Shown: positions 38,005 through 47,675 of the stretch, piece by piece
How positions within the stretch are numbered: position 1 is the stretch's first letter
Layout of the letters: every line of letters begins with the position of its first letter
Assembly (NCBI GenBank): GCA_002720275.1
Contig: PBHR01000023.1
Span: 21,600 to 85,599, forward strand
Direction of reading: 5' to 3'
Length of the DNA stretch: 64,000 bases
DNA from: Methanobacteriota archaeon
GTDB lineage: Archaea > Thermoplasmatota > Poseidoniia > Poseidoniales > Poseidoniaceae
Notes under the pieces: generated by a model
The model's input: only the letters and a program-made list of their open reading frames with translations
Databases searched by the model: none
Told to the model about the DNA's origin: nothing
Program-made: the position numbers and the translations under genes

Positions 38005-41000
38005 GTGTCAGACTCGAATAATGACGATGATTTTTTATTTCTTCAAGAGGATGAGAAAATAACCTCAACTCCAATAATCAAACCCAAAAAAGTTAAAATA
38101 AAAAATGAAGAAAATTCAGAAAGTGATGCAGTTTTAATTAATGAAAAGAAAACAAAAAAGAATTATGATTATTCTAAATTATTAGCCAAATTAACTAAGT
38201 TTTCGTATCAATTATTAATTTTCGCAATATTATGGCGACTAATAATATTTTATGATTTAGAATATCTACAAACAGAAAATTTGGAAAATAGTAGTGTATT
38301 AGACTATCCGACGTGGGCGATATACACTTTTTCCATCCTTTCTATTATGTTGTTTTTGACTTCCACATTCGCTTTTTCTGAATTCATATTTGGTTATAAT
38401 TTAAATGATCCTCAGGATAATTTTTCTGAAGATAACAATTCAAAAGAAGTCGATTCAGGCCTATATTCTTCATTAGGGGGTGTTTGGAATGTTGGGTGGG
38501 AAATTTTTGGAATAGATTGCCCTGATTGTGCATTAAAAATAACTAAATCTCTCAATTCATTAAAAGGAATTGAAAATACTGAAGTATCTATTACAACAAC
38601 ATTGGTACATTTTGAAATAGATCTTGAATTACAAACAATTTCTAAAGTAAATCGTATACTATGTGATTTAGGATATGCCCCCAATGCAAAGTGGTGGGAG
38701 CTTGCGGGCGTCTCTTCAAAAAGTACCCTTGCAAAATTAAATTTAAATGAAAATAAATTATTAAATCGTATAAACATTCAAGCAGGAGTACTTGAAAGTA
38801 GAATTGAAGAAGATAAAATATTTATCAGATTACCAACAAAAGTTGAGGGGGAATTAACAAAAGAATTCCAGAAGGCAATAGATGAGGCCCTTAATCAAAA
38901 AATAACATTAAAGCCTAAAGGGGGTGAATGGGGTTTACGTCCAGATCAAAAACAATTACTTGATGGGATTGTTGGATTAATTTTTCTACCAATAGTATTC
39001 TTAATTCAATTTTTAGTTGAGAAAAATGGAAACATAAATTCAGTAGAATATCAACTACAATACTTAATTGCTTTACCTGTAATCATTATTAGTTCTAACC
39101 AACTTAGAAAAAAGGCTATTGAAAGCGTTAAAAGATTGCAATTAAGTTTTGAAACATTAATTTCAATGGCTGTTTTAGGTGCTATGTTTCTGCATGCCTG
39201 GTTTGAAGCATTGCTAATAATTGTTTTAATTGCGTTAGCCAATAATTTGGAAACTTCTGCGATTAAAAAGGCAAGGGAATCTATGCAAGGAGGATTGAAT
39301 AGAATTCCAAATGAAGCAAGATTAGTTAAAAAATCAACTGATGTTTCAAAAATCGTAAAAATTAAATCATTCAAACTTTCTTTAGATTCTAATAATAAAC
39401 TCAAGAAAAAAAGTAATTCGGAAATGGTACCCGTGGGATTATTAAATATTGGAGATCATATAGAGATTAGAACTGGTGAAATTATCCCCATAGATGGAAA
39501 TATCATTTCGGGAGAAGGTTTAGTAGATAAATCAGCACTTACGGGAGAAGCATTACCAATTAACCTCAATAAAGGTGATTTTATTGAAGCGGGGTTAATC
39601 CTAACTCGTGGGCCTATAGTCGTAGAAACAAGCGCAACAGGAGTAAATACTCGTTTAAGTGAATTAATTGAAACAACGAAGTTATATCAAGAATCACCAA
39701 CTCGCTTACATTCTATCTTAGAATTATTCACAAATATTTGGGTTCCATTAGTGCTCTTTGGATCAATGTTTGTTGCATTAATGATACCCGAGTCCGTAAT
39801 TGGGGAAGGGAACAGAATCAAAATTATATTATTATTGTGGGTTACTGCTTGTCCTTGCGCATTATTAATTTGTGCACCAATTCCGCATTCAATTTCAATT
39901 TCAATGGCTTCAAATAAGGGAGTAATTGCTAAAGGTGGAGATGTATTAGAAAGGATAGCGAAAGTAAATCTTGCATTACTAGATAAAACAGGAACTTTGA
40001 CAGAAGGACGTCCACAAATTACACAGATAGTGTCAACAAAAGGTTCTAAAATAAAAACTATTATCGGAATTGCTTCTGGTTTAGAATTATCCTCTAATCA
40101 CCCATATGCATCAGCAATTATTGATAAAAGTAATGAAGAAAATATTCAACCATATAAAATTCAAAATTTAATTGATGGAGAGGGTGGCATCACTGGAAAA
40201 TATGATGGAGAAACTGTGGCTATTGGAAATATAAATTGGATTAAAAAACAAGGGTTCAAGATTCCTAAAGACCTCCTAGAAAAATTAGAAAATACTGAAG
40301 TCACTGGAATTTCAATATTAACAAAAGGAACTAATGCCATTGCTGCCTTTGGATTTGCTTCAGACGCACTAAACCCAAATTCCTCAAAATTAATTTCAAA
40401 TTTAAGTAAACAGGACATAAAAGTAGAATTACTGAGTGGAGATAATCAAGAGTCTGTAAATAAAACAGCGAATGACTTAGGTATCCCTGTAGAGATTTGT
40501 AGAGGGGGTTTAACTCCTGAACAAAAAGTAGATTGGGTTGAACAAAGATCTACAACACACATCACACTTATGGCTGGCGATGGGTTTAATGATGCAGCAG
40601 CTATGGCTAAAGCAGACGTAGGAATTTCAGTTGGTAATAAAGAGCAATTAAATCTTGATTCTGCTGATGTAATGATACCTTCAGAAAGACCAGATCTTAT
40701 TTCATCATTATGTGAATTGTCTAGAAAAACAAGAAATATTGTAATTCAAAATTTGGTTATTTCAATTTCATTGACTTTATTGTTAGTGATGTCTGTAATT
40801 TCGGGTAAAAATGACCAGTTGTGGCTTAATGTTTTAGCACATGAGTTTTCAGTTCTATTGGTAATACTAAATGCGATGAGATTAGGTTCATATCAATTCG
40901 ATGAAATGTCAACTGATAAAAACGAAAATAAGAAATTTAATATCTTTTCTATAATTTCAAAAATTTTCAAGGAGCTTTATGATGATTCAAAAGAAGTTGT

Positions 41001-41019
41001 TAAAACAATATTAAATTAG
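38005..41019 (+). CDS. heavy-metal translocating P1B-type ATPase with a long N-terminal extension
   Basis: Has an HMA-like CxxC (GIDCPDCALKI), the TM6 CPC motif (ACPCALL), the phosphorylation site DKTGTLT, and GDGFNDAAAM. Confidence 0.9.
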   Translation: MSDSNNDDDFLFLQEDEKITSTPIIKPKKVKIKNEENSESDAVLINEKKTKKNYDYSKLLAKLTKFSYQLLIFAILWRLIIFYDLEYLQTENLENSSVLDYPTWAIYTFSILSIMLFLTSTFAFSEFIFGYNLNDPQDNFSEDNNSKEVDSGLYSSLGGVWNVGWEIFGIDCPDCALKITKSLNSLKGIENTEVSITTTLVHFEIDLELQTISKVNRILCDLGYAPNAKWWELAGVSSKSTLAKLNLNENKLLNRINIQAGVLESRIEEDKIFIRLPTKVEGELTKEFQKAIDEALNQKITLKPKGGEWGLRPDQKQLLDGIVGLIFLPIVFLIQFLVEKNGNINSVEYQLQYLIALPVIIISSNQLRKKAIESVKRLQLSFETLISMAVLGAMFLHAWFEALLIIVLIALANNLETSAIKKARESMQGGLNRIPNEARLVKKSTDVSKIVKIKSFKLSLDSNNKLKKKSNSEMVPVGLLNIGDHIEIRTGEIIPIDGNIISGEGLVDKSALTGEALPINLNKGDFIEAGLILTRGPIVVETSATGVNTRLSELIETTKLYQESPTRLHSILELFTNIWVPLVLFGSMFVALMIPESVIGEGNRIKIILLLWVTACPCALLICAPIPHSISISMASNKGVIAKGGDVLERIAKVNLALLDKTGTLTEGRPQITQIVSTKGSKIKTIIGIASGLELSSNHPYASAIIDKSNEENIQPYKIQNLIDGEGGITGKYDGETVAIGNINWIKKQGFKIPKDLLEKLENTEVTGISILTKGTNAIAAFGFASDALNPNSSKLISNLSKQDIKVELLSGDNQESVNKTANDLGIPVEICRGGLTPEQKVDWVEQRSTTHITLMAGDGFNDAAAMAKADVGISVGNKEQLNLDSADVMIPSERPDLISSLCELSRKTRNIVIQNLVISISLTLLLVMSVISGKNDQLWLNVLAHEFSVLLVILNAMRLGSYQFDEMSTDKNENKKFNIFSIISKIFKELYDDSKEVVKTILN

Positions 41020-41050
41020 CGACCATTTGATATATCTCAATAGTTTACCT

Positions 41051-41554
41051 ATGTTCAAGGTTGATATGTCAAAGATACGTGGTGATCCAAAACAAATTGC
41101 TCTAGCACATCCTACACGTGCAGCAATGTACAATATTTTGTGTTCAAAAGAAGAAATGGCTACTGTCGAATTAGAAAAAGAAATTAAAGTTACAAGATAC
41201 CACCTTTATCATCATTTAAAACAATTACAAGAAGCAGGATTAGTTGAAAATCACAGAGATCAAGGTAGAGCTAAATTTTGGAAAGTTATAGAAAAAATTG
41301 ATACTCCAAAAATTTCTTCTAGTAAATCTACAATTTCAAACGAGGCGATTTGGATTAATCAAATCCCCTCTGAAATTATTAAATTATTAGAAAGTGGAGG
41401 AGAATTGAAATTTATTCCAATTAGTTCTTCTGCTGTAGATGCAATTAATGCAAAAAATGCAATAAATTCAATTGCTAAAGAATTTGGAATAGATTTAGAT
41501 TTACCATTTACTTTTGTCCCAGGGGGCATAATTATAGTTTCCAAAGGGCGTTAG
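41051..41554 (+). CDS. ArsR/SmtB-family winged-helix transcriptional regulator with a C-terminal extension
   Basis: ALAHPTRAAMYNIL...ATVELEKEIKVTRYHLYHHLKQLQEAGLV matches the ArsR HTH pattern. The start is ambiguous (TTG 41027, ATG 41051 or ATG 41066). Confidence 0.75.
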   Translation: MFKVDMSKIRGDPKQIALAHPTRAAMYNILCSKEEMATVELEKEIKVTRYHLYHHLKQLQEAGLVENHRDQGRAKFWKVIEKIDTPKISSSKSTISNEAIWINQIPSEIIKLLESGGELKFIPISSSAVDAINAKNAINSIAKEFGIDLDLPFTFVPGGIIIVSKGR

Positions 41555-41556
41555 AG

Positions 41557-41979
41557 GTGGAAAAAGTGGCTGAGGAGGAAATTATTGAAGAAGCGAATAT
41601 TACAATTTCATCCAATGTAGATATACCTCCAACATACTGTCCTAAATGTGATGCATTACTTCCTGAAGGCCCTGGTGAAAAGAAATGTGGAAGTTGTTCA
41701 GCAAAAGTGAATGTGAAATTGCCTTCATTAGAACATGAATGGAAAAATGAACGTATTGCATGTCCTGCTTGCTCCAAAGTTTTAGTAGCAGGAATTGGAG
41801 CAAGACCTTGTAAACTAAAATGCTCATCTTGTAATCAAAAATTTACTCTGACTAAAAAAATAATGAAAAGTGAAATTGCTTGTCCTGGATGTGAAAGAAA
41901 GTTAAGAGTTAAACGGACACCAGGTGAAAAATTATTAAAGTGTCCTGCATGTGAAAAAGAAATAAAAATCAAATTTTAA
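41557..41979 (+). CDS. triple zinc-ribbon protein
   Basis: Contains three tandem ~35-aa modules, each with CPxC...C(x)xC: CPKC..CGSC, CPAC..CSSC and CPGC..CPAC. The GTG start is 3 nt after the ArsR stop. Confidence 0.6.
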   Translation: MEKVAEEEIIEEANITISSNVDIPPTYCPKCDALLPEGPGEKKCGSCSAKVNVKLPSLEHEWKNERIACPACSKVLVAGIGARPCKLKCSSCNQKFTLTKKIMKSEIACPGCERKLRVKRTPGEKLLKCPACEKEIKIKF

Positions 41980-42052
41980 TCAAAATCATGGATTTTAAAT
42001 TTTAGTCTTAAATTTAATACCTTGCAATAATTATTACCTGCTTTCTTTAATA

Positions 42053-44602
42053 ATGATAAGAAAACGTGTGTTTATCGGTGGGATGCACTTGAGCGTTAGC
42101 GATAGCAATAATAATGATATATCAACGGGCATGAATAATGTTACAAATAAGGAAAAACCAAACCTTGCAGCATTAAGAAATTCAATTACAGGAAATAGTG
42201 GTGCAAAAATGTCTCACACAATTACAGAATCTGAAAGAAGAAGAGGAGAACAAAAGATTAAACTTAACATTAACCGTGAAAAAAGATTGAGATTATTGGA
42301 ACAAAATGAAAGATTGCAACACATTAAGAAAAATGTTACAATGGAACTTGATTTACAACATCAACTAACTCTTGAACAACTTGAATCTGAATGGAGAAGA
42401 GAGATGGAATCAGATTTAACAAGATTACAGCAGGAAACCATGAAAAATAATGAACAAATTTTGCGTGATGAATTTGAACAGCGTTTAATTAGGGAGCAGG
42501 GTCAATTATTTGATCAAATTCGAACTGAAAAAGAAAGGAAGCTTGAGGAATTTAGAAATCACACAACTTCAAGATTAGAAAAAGAATTGAAAAATGAATA
42601 CCAAAAAAGATTAGATTTCCATAGAGAAAGATTAGAAATCGAGTTTAATCAAGCATTTTTTGAACAATCAAATGCAATAAATGATCAAATTAGAAAAGAT
42701 TTGGAAGAACAATTTAATATTGAAATTGAAACTGAAGAAGTCAGATTAGAAGGCCTTCATCAAGATAGGCTAGCAGAAAGGGAATCTCAACTAAGAGCTT
42801 CAATAAAAATTAGACTTGAGCAACAAGCAAAACAACGTATGGATGAAAGAGAAGCACAATTAAGAGCAGAATATGGTAGAAGAGGAAGGCAATTAGAAGA
42901 AGAAATTGCAATGCAAATCCAGTCAGAAATAGAAAGGGAAATGAGAGAACAAACTGGTTTACTAGAACAAGAAATGCGTGAAGATGTGGAAATGGCTCTT
43001 GCAAGAAGAAAAGAAGAGTTAAGAACTTTAATTGAAAGGGAATTAAGTGAATCATATTCAGAAAAGTTGGCAGATAGAAAATCAAGATTGCAAGAACGTT
43101 ATGATTTATTATTCCAACAAAATGTTGACGATATAGATTCGCAATTACGTTCAAATATTAAATCTGAGATGGATAGAAAAATTGATGATGAATTCCAATC
43201 ATACAAATTATCCAAGGAAGCAGAAATGCAAAATGAATTATCTAAATTTAGATATGAACAAGAAAGTTACTTGAGGGAAACATTATCTGATAATTATGAA
43301 GACAAACGCAAAGATTGGGTTAAGAAATTAGAACTTGAATATAATGCAAGAGAAGATGCTTCTAAAAAATCAATATTATCTGAAATTGATGCACAAATGC
43401 GTAATGAAAGAATTACCAGGGAAACTGATCTAGAATTATTACGTGAAGAAACCGGGCTTGAATTAGAAGTTGAAATGGAAGCAAGATTGGAAGAATTCCG
43501 TGGAAGAAAAATGGAAGAAGTTGCTACACATCTTGAGAAACAATTACTCAAACTTGAAGAAATTATGCGTAATAAAGCACTTATTGAAGTTAGAAGAAGA
43601 GAAGGTGAAATCCGTAAAGAAATTGAGTCTCAACTCGGAATTAAGAGAGAAGAAATTCGTGATAGGCTAAAAATGCTTAATGAACAAATGGATAAATTCA
43701 GAGAAATGGCTGAAGAAAAAATGCGGGACCAAATTAGAACTGACTTTGAGGCTGAAATTGGCGTAGAAGAAGGGAAGTTAGAAGAAGCTCAAGATGTTAT
43801 GGATCAACTAAAATCAGATGATGCACTACTCTCAAAACGTCAAGCTTGGTTAGGAGCAATCGCTGGAGAAAAAGTAGATCCATTGCAACAACAAGGTGGT
43901 TTATTAGGTGGAAAACTAGGTCAAAGTTTAGGTGGTCAAACATTGGCTGGAAATGTCCCAAAAACTACTCCGATTTTAGGTGGAGCACCGATAGGTTCTC
44001 AAAGACCTACTCTAAAACCTGTTAGGTCACCTATTATTGAAGAAAAACAGACTACTACAACAATACTTCCTAAACCGGTTCATACAACAATTAAACCAAA
44101 ACTAGAATCTGAAGAAATTTCTGAAAGTTCTGAAGATGATAAATCAGAGTTTAAAATTCCTAAATTAATTACTGAGGAAATAGATGAAAGTTCAATTACT
44201 GAAGAAGATGAACTAGAAATTTCAAAAGTACTAGAAGAAACATTAGATGATGCTGATCAAATCATAGAAATGTTATCTACAGAACTTGAAGAAAGAGAAC
44301 AAGTAATTGATGAAGTGATTAAAAAAGCAAATATCGGTAGTTTAAAGAAATTGGAAACTCCTACATTAAAACCGTCATCTGCAAAATTAAAACCTGTTAA
44401 AACAACTGTTTTAAAACCTGAAACAACAACATTAATGCCTTCTAAAGCACCAGTTCTAAAACCATCAGGTACAAGTCTAACACCTGCAAATAAAGTTTTA
44501 ATGCCTGAAAATAATAATGATGATGTAGAAAAAATACCTATGAAATCAATTACAGACATCGCTAAAGAGGAGATTGCACAACAAAAATTAGAAGAAGAAT
44601 AG
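42053..44602 (+). CDS. giant charged coiled-coil protein with a Gly-rich linker and a C-terminal LKP-repeat region
   Basis: About 530 aa are almost uninterrupted E/R/K/L/Q heptad-type sequence. This is followed by QQQGGLLGGKLGQSLGGQTLAG, then the repeats TLKPSSAKLKPVKTTVLKPETTTLMPSKAPVLKPSGTSLTP. Confidence 0.65.
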   Translation: MIRKRVFIGGMHLSVSDSNNNDISTGMNNVTNKEKPNLAALRNSITGNSGAKMSHTITESERRRGEQKIKLNINREKRLRLLEQNERLQHIKKNVTMELDLQHQLTLEQLESEWRREMESDLTRLQQETMKNNEQILRDEFEQRLIREQGQLFDQIRTEKERKLEEFRNHTTSRLEKELKNEYQKRLDFHRERLEIEFNQAFFEQSNAINDQIRKDLEEQFNIEIETEEVRLEGLHQDRLAERESQLRASIKIRLEQQAKQRMDEREAQLRAEYGRRGRQLEEEIAMQIQSEIEREMREQTGLLEQEMREDVEMALARRKEELRTLIERELSESYSEKLADRKSRLQERYDLLFQQNVDDIDSQLRSNIKSEMDRKIDDEFQSYKLSKEAEMQNELSKFRYEQESYLRETLSDNYEDKRKDWVKKLELEYNAREDASKKSILSEIDAQMRNERITRETDLELLREETGLELEVEMEARLEEFRGRKMEEVATHLEKQLLKLEEIMRNKALIEVRRREGEIRKEIESQLGIKREEIRDRLKMLNEQMDKFREMAEEKMRDQIRTDFEAEIGVEEGKLEEAQDVMDQLKSDDALLSKRQAWLGAIAGEKVDPLQQQGGLLGGKLGQSLGGQTLAGNVPKTTPILGGAPIGSQRPTLKPVRSPIIEEKQTTTTILPKPVHTTIKPKLESEEISESSEDDKSEFKIPKLITEEIDESSITEEDELEISKVLEETLDDADQIIEMLSTELEEREQVIDEVIKKANIGSLKKLETPTLKPSSAKLKPVKTTVLKPETTTLMPSKAPVLKPSGTSLTPANKVLMPENNNDDVEKIPMKSITDIAKEEIAQQKLEEE

Positions 44603-44661
44603 ATTATTTTTGATAAACGCTATTCCGTCTGATTCATAGATGAGAACCCATTGGCTCTGAC

Positions 44662-47070
44662 ATGCGTAAAGTAGGATATTGCATTTTTCTCTTATTTTTA
44701 ACTGCAACATGTTTACCTTTAGCAACGGCTTTGAATGCATCCGACTTCTCTGGTTCTGATGCAAATAATTGTTCAGAATTGCCTTGCACTGATGCTGGAG
44801 AAATACTAGTAGAATTGGATTCAAAGCCAATAAAAATGTGGAAGACTCCTGAAAATAATTATCTCATAATAAGTGAAAATGGTTTTATGAATTTATTCAG
44901 CCTTAGTTCAACAGGATTTGAAGAAGCATGGCAATTAGAAGTTGATTCAAATGGAAATATTTCTAGTGCTGCATATTTTTCAGAATTTAATTTAGTAGTT
45001 TTTGGAAATGAAACAGGTGCGCAAGTCGTAGATGTAGGCCCTGCTAGAGAAAAAGGACGATTTATTTACCAAGGTACACCCGTAGTAGATGTCGCTTGGG
45101 ATCCAACAGATGGAGCGGATTTAGATAGTGATGGGATTACAGATTTACCTCATATTTGGATAGCTGTAGAAGCAAGTAAAAGGGCTGTGCAATACGATAT
45201 TAACTTAGAATTACCTACTGCAAAACAAACAAATGAACATGCAAATCATATTGGATCAGTAATGGTTCTTGATGATGGAACAATTATTACAGGAGGAGAT
45301 GACGAAATTTTTGTTCACGAAATCAATCAAGCAGATTCGATGATTTTAACTGATACTTTAGAACCGGGATATTCTGGAACTTTTGATATCATAATGACAA
45401 ATGATGACCAAAGTAAAATATATTTTTCTGAATTTGATGGAAGAAAGATAATATCATACGATTACAATAAAAATGCATTACCAGGTCAACAATGGACCAC
45501 CACTAGCGTGACTGGTCAAGGAACTAACCCCAGCAATATTGGTTTTGAGCAAATCTCTTCAACTTTATATTCAATGGATGAAACATTAATTTTAGGGACT
45601 CAAGATAAATTATTTTTTATTAATGCAGAAACAATGGTAAAAGATCAAAATCAATTAAATTATCCACTCGGTGTAAATGCAATTGTAGATACTATTTATG
45701 GTGGTTTATTAGTAACAAGTGGTAAAAATGTGCATTTATTAGATTTTGATTCCGATAATGATGGTGTAACTGATACAAAAGATGCGTTTCCTGGAGATCC
45801 ATCTCAAGCGTATGATTTAGATGGTGATGGATGTGGCGATAACTTAGAAGGAAACTATCCTGATTATTTTCCTGATGATGAATTTGAATGCGTCGATACG
45901 GATGGTGACGGAGTAGGGGATAATGGAGATGATTTTCCCAATAATGAAAACGAATGGGAAGACTCTGATGGAGATGGATATGGAGACAATAGTGATGCGT
46001 TTCCTGATGAAGATAGTCAATGGGAAGATTCTGATGGTGATGGATTCGGAGATAACCCTGAAGGACAACAACCAGATGACTGTCCTGAACAATATGGTAC
46101 TTCAAGCATAGATCGTTACGGTTGTGTTGATGGAGATGGTGATGGTTATAGTAATCCAATTGAGGGTGAAGATAACACCAATGCTGACTTATTCCCTAAT
46201 GATGAAACTCAATGGAAAGATTGGGATGAAGATGGATTTGGAGATAATCCTGATGGCAATGGTGGAGATGATTGCCCATTAGATTTTGGAACCAGTAATA
46301 AAACACTTGAATATAATGAAGAAACAGGGCTTTGGCTTACCCCAAGTCACTTTGGTTGTAAAGATTTAGATGGTGATGGCTTTGCAGATAGTACAGACCA
46401 ATTCGATAACGACCCAAATGAATGGTTAGATGCAGATAACGATGGAGTGGGTGGAAATTCCGACTATAACGACAATGATGACTCATATTCAACATTAGAA
46501 GGAAAATGTGCTTTACAAGATCAAAATAACTTATCTGAAGATTGTGTAATTCCTGAAGATAATATTAAATCCGAAGAAGAATTAAAACAAGAACAACTCC
46601 AAGCATCAATAAAACAGGCCGGTTTGTATGGATCAATAGCATTTGTAGTAATAATAGCAGCAATTTTAATCGTAGGGCAAATATTCAAAGCTTTAAGTAC
46701 GAATAAAAGAATGAAGATTGAAAAAGACTCTATTGGAAATAAAGAAGTTATGGCTACTGAATCTGGTGAAGGGTTCGAATATGATTCTACATTTTCTGAA
46801 GACTCTGCATGGAGTGACGATCCTGTTGATGAATTAAACGTAAATTCGGAAGCAATGGATGCTGCTTTTGATGAAGATGAAGTTAAAACAGATCCATTAG
46901 AAGAAAATAATAATGACGAAGACAGTGATGATATTTCTGAACAACCAATAGAAACTCCTCCTGAACAACCAACAGAGGTTCCGCCAATTCCTGAATCTGG
47001 TTTACCTGAGGGTTGGACGATGGACCAATGGAAATGGTATGGAGCGGAATGGTTAGAAAAAAATAAATAA
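44662..47070 (+). CDS. type I membrane surface protein: signal peptide, beta-propeller-like region, thrombospondin type-3-like Ca-binding repeats, TM, and an acidic tail with a W-rich C-terminus
   Basis: Has a signal peptide (MRKVGYCIFLLFLTATCLPLATA), about 10 DxDxDGxGDxxDxFP(N/D)D repeats, a TM (LYGSIAFVVIIAAILIVGQIF), and a C-terminus reading LPEGWTMDQWKWYGAEWLEKNK. Confidence 0.75.
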   Translation: MRKVGYCIFLLFLTATCLPLATALNASDFSGSDANNCSELPCTDAGEILVELDSKPIKMWKTPENNYLIISENGFMNLFSLSSTGFEEAWQLEVDSNGNISSAAYFSEFNLVVFGNETGAQVVDVGPAREKGRFIYQGTPVVDVAWDPTDGADLDSDGITDLPHIWIAVEASKRAVQYDINLELPTAKQTNEHANHIGSVMVLDDGTIITGGDDEIFVHEINQADSMILTDTLEPGYSGTFDIIMTNDDQSKIYFSEFDGRKIISYDYNKNALPGQQWTTTSVTGQGTNPSNIGFEQISSTLYSMDETLILGTQDKLFFINAETMVKDQNQLNYPLGVNAIVDTIYGGLLVTSGKNVHLLDFDSDNDGVTDTKDAFPGDPSQAYDLDGDGCGDNLEGNYPDYFPDDEFECVDTDGDGVGDNGDDFPNNENEWEDSDGDGYGDNSDAFPDEDSQWEDSDGDGFGDNPEGQQPDDCPEQYGTSSIDRYGCVDGDGDGYSNPIEGEDNTNADLFPNDETQWKDWDEDGFGDNPDGNGGDDCPLDFGTSNKTLEYNEETGLWLTPSHFGCKDLDGDGFADSTDQFDNDPNEWLDADNDGVGGNSDYNDNDDSYSTLEGKCALQDQNNLSEDCVIPEDNIKSEEELKQEQLQASIKQAGLYGSIAFVVIIAAILIVGQIFKALSTNKRMKIEKDSIGNKEVMATESGEGFEYDSTFSEDSAWSDDPVDELNVNSEAMDAAFDEDEVKTDPLEENNNDEDSDDISEQPIETPPEQPTEVPPIPESGLPEGWTMDQWKWYGAEWLEKNK
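45742..46490 (+). repeat. intragenic tandem degenerate repeats encoding the TSP3-like Asp-rich calcium-binding motifs
   Basis: GATGGTGATGG / GATTCTGATGG(A/T)GATGG units recur (for example gaatgggaagactctgatggagatggatatggagac versus caatgggaagattctgatggtgatggattcggagat). They generate spurious His-rich antisense ORFs. Confidence 0.8.
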
Positions 47071-47073
47071 TAT

Positions 47074-47337
47074 CTACCTAAATTCAATCGGTAATGATTT
47101 TTTAATCTCGCCTAATTTAGAACCCAGAATTAATGATTTACCATCTGGATTTTTAAAAGAATTAACCAACAGCCAAAGAATTTTATTCCATTCACCCGGA
47201 TTAGCAACAAGTCTAATTTTCCCACAAGCGGCTTTTTCCAATAAAGATGATTCTAAACTTTGGTTGTCAAATAATCCTCTTACTATCTGAGAAGCATTAA
47301 TTGTAAATGTTTTGGGGTGATAAGCCATATTCTTCAA
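47074..47337 (-). CDS. small hypothetical protein translationally coupled to the upstream RHH gene
   Basis: TTG 47337 lies 1 nt after the RHH gene stop (alternative ATG 47328). I recognised no motif. Confidence 0.45.
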   Translation of the reverse strand: MKNMAYHPKTFTINASQIVRGLFDNQSLESSLLEKAACGKIRLVANPGEWNKILWLLVNSFKNPDGKSLILGSKLGEIKKSLPIEFR

Positions 47338-47338
47338 C

Positions 47339-47584
47339 TCAAAAAGGTGATAATTCTAATTTTTCAATAAGGTCATTTACATCAACATTGTCCAATTTTT
47401 CTAAATGATCTTGTAATTGTTTAGATTCTGCACTTAATCGACTTAATCTTTTCTCCATTAATAAATGTCCTAAAAGAGAATCTATATTTTTAAATTCCAT
47501 CATTGAACGCATTTGATTCAATTGTCTTCTTGTTTCAAGGCTTACACTTACCGAGGTCATTCCTTCCGCAGTCATGATTAACAT
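47339..47584 (-). CDS. ribbon-helix-helix (CopG/ParG/SegB-like) DNA-binding protein with a C-terminal coiled coil
   Basis: The N-terminal segment reads TSVSVSLETRRQLNQMRSMM-EFKNIDSLLGHLLME, a beta-strand then helix-turn-helix pattern typical of RHH. Confidence 0.55.
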   Translation of the reverse strand: MLIMTAEGMTSVSVSLETRRQLNQMRSMMEFKNIDSLLGHLLMEKRLSRLSAESKQLQDHLEKLDNVDVNDLIEKLELSPF

Positions 47585-47675
47585 TTGTTTTCGACAATTA
47601 ACAATACTTAATTTGATGCCTTATAATCTCACTAAAATGTAGATTTGAATGGTGAATTGAAAGTCTCGTTCTTAT

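Noticed and set aside
45692-46159. His-rich 155-aa minus-strand ORF and neighbouring small ORFs (45844..46092, 45923..46111)
   Set aside because: They lie inside the GAT/GGT-rich TSP3 repeat DNA. Antisense or shifted reading of GATGGTGAT repeats trivially yields H/I/L-rich open frames. The plus-strand 802-aa frame has coherent domain architecture.
46521-47087. 188-aa minus-strand ORF
   Set aside because: It is antisense to the acidic tail and TM region of the TSP3-repeat protein and is serine-rich and low-complexity, with no SD or motif.
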